This document shows, in pieces, positions 59,477 to 64,000 of a stretch of 64,000 nt of DNA. Position 1 is the stretch's first letter, and every line of letters begins with the position of its first letter. Location: positions 103,230,001-103,294,000 of the forward strand of contig OZ024743.1 in the NCBI GenBank assembly GCA_964016885.1. The letters run 5' to 3'. The translations under genes and the position numbers were made by a program. This DNA is from Eledone cirrhosa. Lineage: Eukaryota. A model generated the notes under the pieces. It saw only the letters and a list, made by a program, of their open reading frames with translations, ran no database searches and was not told the origin of the DNA.

Positions 59477-61110
59477 TACTGTTAGTTCACCATACCGAGA
59501 ACAATTGTTTCACCTTCGCGGATCTTCAGCTCGGGATGTATATGGTTATAGGACAGGAAGGACAACCGTACGAACGCGCATGCGCATAAACTCGGTCACT
59601 TGACACAGGCAATAGTAGACTGCGTGTGGGGAGGGGGGGTGTAAAGGAGATAACTGCGAAAGTCCGGAAAGCTTTTTGGTTGAAAATAAAATAAAAGAAT
59701 TTAAAAATAAAATTACAAAGAATCAGTCCGGAGCCTTGTAGTTATGCAATAGATGTTTGGTGACGTGTGGACACCGTGTGAAAAATTCACTCCCGTGTTT
59801 AGGCAATCACTATTGCGTAATCTCTTTAGGATAGTTATTCGTTCGTCAATACATAAGCCACACGTCGGATTTCCCCTTGCGTATGGCTTGGACTTAGTGA
59901 TGGCTTTCCATTGAATGGAGTACCCTATACTTGAGACTTTGAGGGACCATACGTGGCTCGCGAGTTTCGTGAATGAACGTCTGTCTGAGTATCTGAAGGT
60001 AGACTGGTGGTTCAGGAAACTCTCCTTGAATCGGCCCTCCGCCATGCCCACATAGGATTTGACCTCCTGTGGTTCGTTTGGTCGGTTGGAAGTGACCACA
60101 GCTTCATAGATTACAGCTGGTGTGTTGCATTGTTGTTGAAGGGGGCAAGCTTCAGGCTTACGGCTAGAGCACCCTGGTGGGGTGTTGCTCCTAGGGCTGC
60201 TGGTGATGTGGGCCTTAATGTCCTTAGCACAGGAGTATCCTAGTTTAACTTTGTGTCGGTTAAAGATGGAGCGGTATTTATGACCTATGGGGAAGTGTCT
60301 ATCTAAGAGGGCTAGAAATTTTTTTCATACATTGGTTTTAACGTTGAGTGAGAAGGGAGGAGAGAACCAGATAGTTTGTCTATTGATGCGCTTACTTTTT
60401 TTAATGGTGTTGTTGCTAGTGGGAGAGTAGGTGATAGGTTGTGAGAAGCCGCTGCTAGCCAACGCCGTGTTATAGTAGGGTGCCGCCCTGTCAAAGATAG
60501 CCTTATTAGAGGAGAGGTTTGAGATTCTAGTACTGATATTCTTAACGAAGTTTCTAAAAACAGTGGGAGGGTGGCATGAGTCCTTGTGAATGTAATTAAG
60601 TTTCTCGTTTAGCTTATTGAAGGGTCTGTGGGTGTGTGTGCAAAGGTCTAAATTAATGTCTAAGAAATCCACGCTAGAGACGTTGGTGGCTACTGCTATC
60701 CTAAGGCCTAACTCATTGATGGTAGAAGCTAAGTCTTTTTTAAACCGGTCGAGGTCGTGACCACTTTTATGGCTCGATAAAGTCAGTCCATCGTCACGGT
60801 ATATTCCCATGTGGAAGTCCGGGAATCTAACACGTAATATGTCTAAGATAAAAAGGCCAACCAAGTCACATACGTCAGCACTGTCAAACGATCCCATGGA
60901 GACGTCGAACAGGTCTGAAGATGTAGACTTCTTTGCCCAGGCTACTCCGTCGTTGAAGAGGAGGGTTTTCCGGCAGTGAGCGATGATTTCCCTGTCTAAA
61001 CCATCGACGGTGGTATAAGTGGTAGCGAAGTCCAACGCTTTGTTTAACAGGGTCTCTGAGATCGACGGGTAAAAATCGACAATGTCAAACTGTGTGAACT
61101 TCGCTTTTGG
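59477..61110 (-). mobile_element. 5'-truncated PLE (Hydra-clade-like): RT + GIY-YIG, frameshifted
   Basis: [75 protein letters not shown] and CGLCIDE. Confidence 0.92.
59495..59534 (-). ncRNA. Minimal type I hammerhead ribozyme at a PLE 3' end
   Basis: Minus: CCGAG-CTGAAGA-TCCGCGAAGGT-GAAA-CAATTG-TT-CTCGG. Confidence 0.82.
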
Positions 61111-62810
61111 GGATTTTAAGGAGTTAAATCGAGCCTCTTATACCTAGACAGCCGAGGATTAATTTTAAAGATCACAAAAGAAACTTTGAGGAAGACCTGC
61201 CAGTTAGACTGATTGCTCCATGTAAATCGGATATTGGAGTAATCAGTAAGAATATTATTGATAGAATTCTACCTATTTTGAAATTGAGGTCTAAATTGAA
61301 GTGATTGATTGGTATAAAAATATAGATGATAAGAAAAATCATAAGTTAATCCAGATGGACATAACAAGCTATTACTCTTCTATTACGCCTAACCTACTAA
61401 ATACGCTTACAAACATACAGATCTAACTACTGATGAAATCGATATCATATTAACTGCTAGAAGAACTCTAATTAATTTCAACAATGAGTATTGGAACCGC
61501 TCAGATAGAAATAGAAACTTCGACATTACCATGGGATCATCGGACTCAGCGCAAGTCACGGATCTGCGGGGGACTTTCATCTTAAATATGATAAATAGAA
61601 AACTGCCGGAGATTACCGGTGGTTTATATAGGGACGATATTTTATTTACGGTTGTTAAACACAGTAATACAGAACTAAATAGGCTAAAGAAAAATATAAT
61701 TGAATTCTTTAAAAATTACGGCCTTAAATTAGAGGTAGAAAGTGGTACCAAAATAGTTAATTTCCTTGATGTTACCCTTAACTTAGACTCTGGTATTTAT
61801 TACCCTTTCCATAAGCCCAATGAAAACTTAAATTACGTTAGTCATTATTCTAATCACCCTAATTCTGTGAAAAATGCAATTGCCAATAGTGTACAGAAAC
61901 GCCTAACTAGAATATCTGCTAATAAATCAATATTTGATGAAAAGGCAGGATATTACAATGATGCTCTAAGAAAGGCAGGTTATAAAAATAATATAGAATA
62001 TATAGACAATAATAATTCGAATCTTAATCCTCATAAAAATAATAATAATATGACTGGCATGTATAAACGAAATTCTAAAAATTATGATTCAAACACCTGT
62101 ACTGTGAATAAATCGGGGAAAAGAACCAGAACTAAATCAGTTATATGATTCCCCCCCCCCCTCTGCTTCTGTAGCAGTAAAAACACCACTAGCTAATCTA
62201 TTCTTTAAGGCTTTAGATAATTCCTTCCCTAGTCAACATAAATACCGTTCCATATTTAATAGACACAAAATTAAGCATTCTTATTCTATTTTATGAATAT
62301 GGCCCAAAACATCGCTAAACTAAATAGTAGAATTCTAAACCAAAATCAGCATAATGGTGTTAATAATAGTGTTAATATAAATAATAATAAATGGAAATGT
62401 AATTGTAGAAACAAACCAGATTGCCCTCTGCAAAATGATTGTCTGGATAGAAATTTGGTGTATAAATGCACCGTAAAAACAAATAACATCACATACAACT
62501 ACATAGGGGCAACTTCTTCGACATTTAAATCGAGATTTGCGAATCACAAATGCTCGTTTTCGAATCTTAATAGGAAGTGTTCGACTTCTTTATCACAACT
62601 TATATGGTCATTAAAAGACAAAAATTTAAAATACTCGATTTTTTGGACGAAGCTTTGTAATAGTAGAATCTACTCGAACTCGTCTATATCAAATAACTGC
62701 AACCTCTGCACAAAGGAGACCCTATTAATAATTACTAATTATGAAACTTAATTAACAAAAAGAGTGAATTATTCCAAACTGCCTTCATAAAGCTTTGTCT
62801 ACATTCCAAG
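61111..62810 (+). mobile_element. 5'-truncated PLE (Hydra-clade-like): RT + GIY-YIG, frameshifted, with an AT-rich tail continuing to the window end
   Basis: [72 protein letters not shown] and CNLCTKE. Related to 54629-56448. Confidence 0.92.
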
Positions 62811-64000
62811 CCTCGCAAAAAGTCAGGAAAAAACACTAAACAAACAGGTTTTAATTTTTGACGTCTCTTATCATTAGTTGGACCTAAAACGTTATAACAG
62901 TTCATAAAACTTTAATAATACTTTATTTTCTAATTATTTATGATAGAATTAATGTTAGAATGAAGGATCCTGTTTAGGTATATAAACATATTATTTGTTA
63001 ACTTGTTCTCTTGATAAATATGTACACCTTTGGATTATTTTAGATATTTATAATTTAGATTCGAATCTTTATATATTTGTCTCTGTTTTAAATATATAAT
63101 TTGGATATTTAACTTGTAAGATTACCGGTTATAATTGAACCGTAGATCATTCATGCATTTATATATTTTACTCATTTTGGGTATGTTTTGGGACTCAGAA
63201 AGTTAGATTTGCACATATATATTTTTTTATATATATCTAGGTATAAATATAACAAACCATACTAGTCGACAAATATTCTTTCCACTGAACTGGAGGTAAA
63301 ACTACAATTATAGCATTACTAATAATGATTGTAATTATTTATTTATTATATGTATATCGTTTCACTAAAACCTATAATACTCTCTCTATATAGTTGTACA
63401 AATATGTTTATCTAGTATAATAACATGCTCGTAGTAACATTTATAAGTAATTTGGATACTCAAATGACTCTTTATTGTTATAAGTGTTTGATATTCCCTT
63501 GATGTTCGAAATTATATAATGATTATTATTTTATTTTATTTAATTTACTTTATTTTAATTAAATTTAGATTACCTTCGGCTTTTTCAAATCTTTAGCTCC
63601 TCTTTCTATCACCTTCGCTGGACATTTTAGAAGTATCTTTTGTCTACTATATATTAAAACCCTCTTGCATTTTAAACTATATTTTTAATATTGGGCATTT
63701 TTATGTTTCGCAAACAATTCATTATTTTTTCACTTTTTATTTTTTATTTTGTATCTAGTCCTTATCCTTAGGACTCACGTAGTTTTGACTTATATATTTA
63801 TAGTATATATCTATTAAATGATCCTTTTACAATAATTGATCTAAAACATTAATTTTTAACAATATTTTCAGTAACTTATTTACTATATTGTATTATGTTA
63901 TGTATATTTGAAAGGTATCATCTTAAGTCTCTAGACAATATAATCTTTGTGTATTTTTTTTTTCTTGATAAACACATATAAAATGAGACCTCTTTAAGGC

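Overview
AT-rich eukaryotic intergenic or intronic DNA, probably from an octopus or other cephalopod (inferred from the SINE families and the long (TA)n tracts). No host gene is supported. The window is a nest of mobile elements, most bounded by (TA)n microsatellites. It holds about nine Penelope-like element (PLE; RT + GIY-YIG) fragments, one with an uninterrupted ~600-aa ORF, plus two decayed Helitrons, a Tc1/mariner (maT-like) element, a hAT-like transposase, RTE, RTE-X, CR1/L2 and CRE LINE fragments, and tRNA-derived SINEs. The main hidden signal is non-coding. By eye I can fold 23 type I hammerhead ribozyme (HHR) motifs with canonical cores and about 6 with variant or degenerate cores. 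Ten of them lie in a near-perfect 310-bp tandem array (8001-11075) with a terminal inversion, which has the architecture of a non-LTR retrozyme (a template for circular RNA). Three other non-coding HHR repeat families (~460-530, 553 and 628 bp units) have the same tandem layout, two of them also with a short inverted tip. All structures were read manually, and no folding or database search was run.
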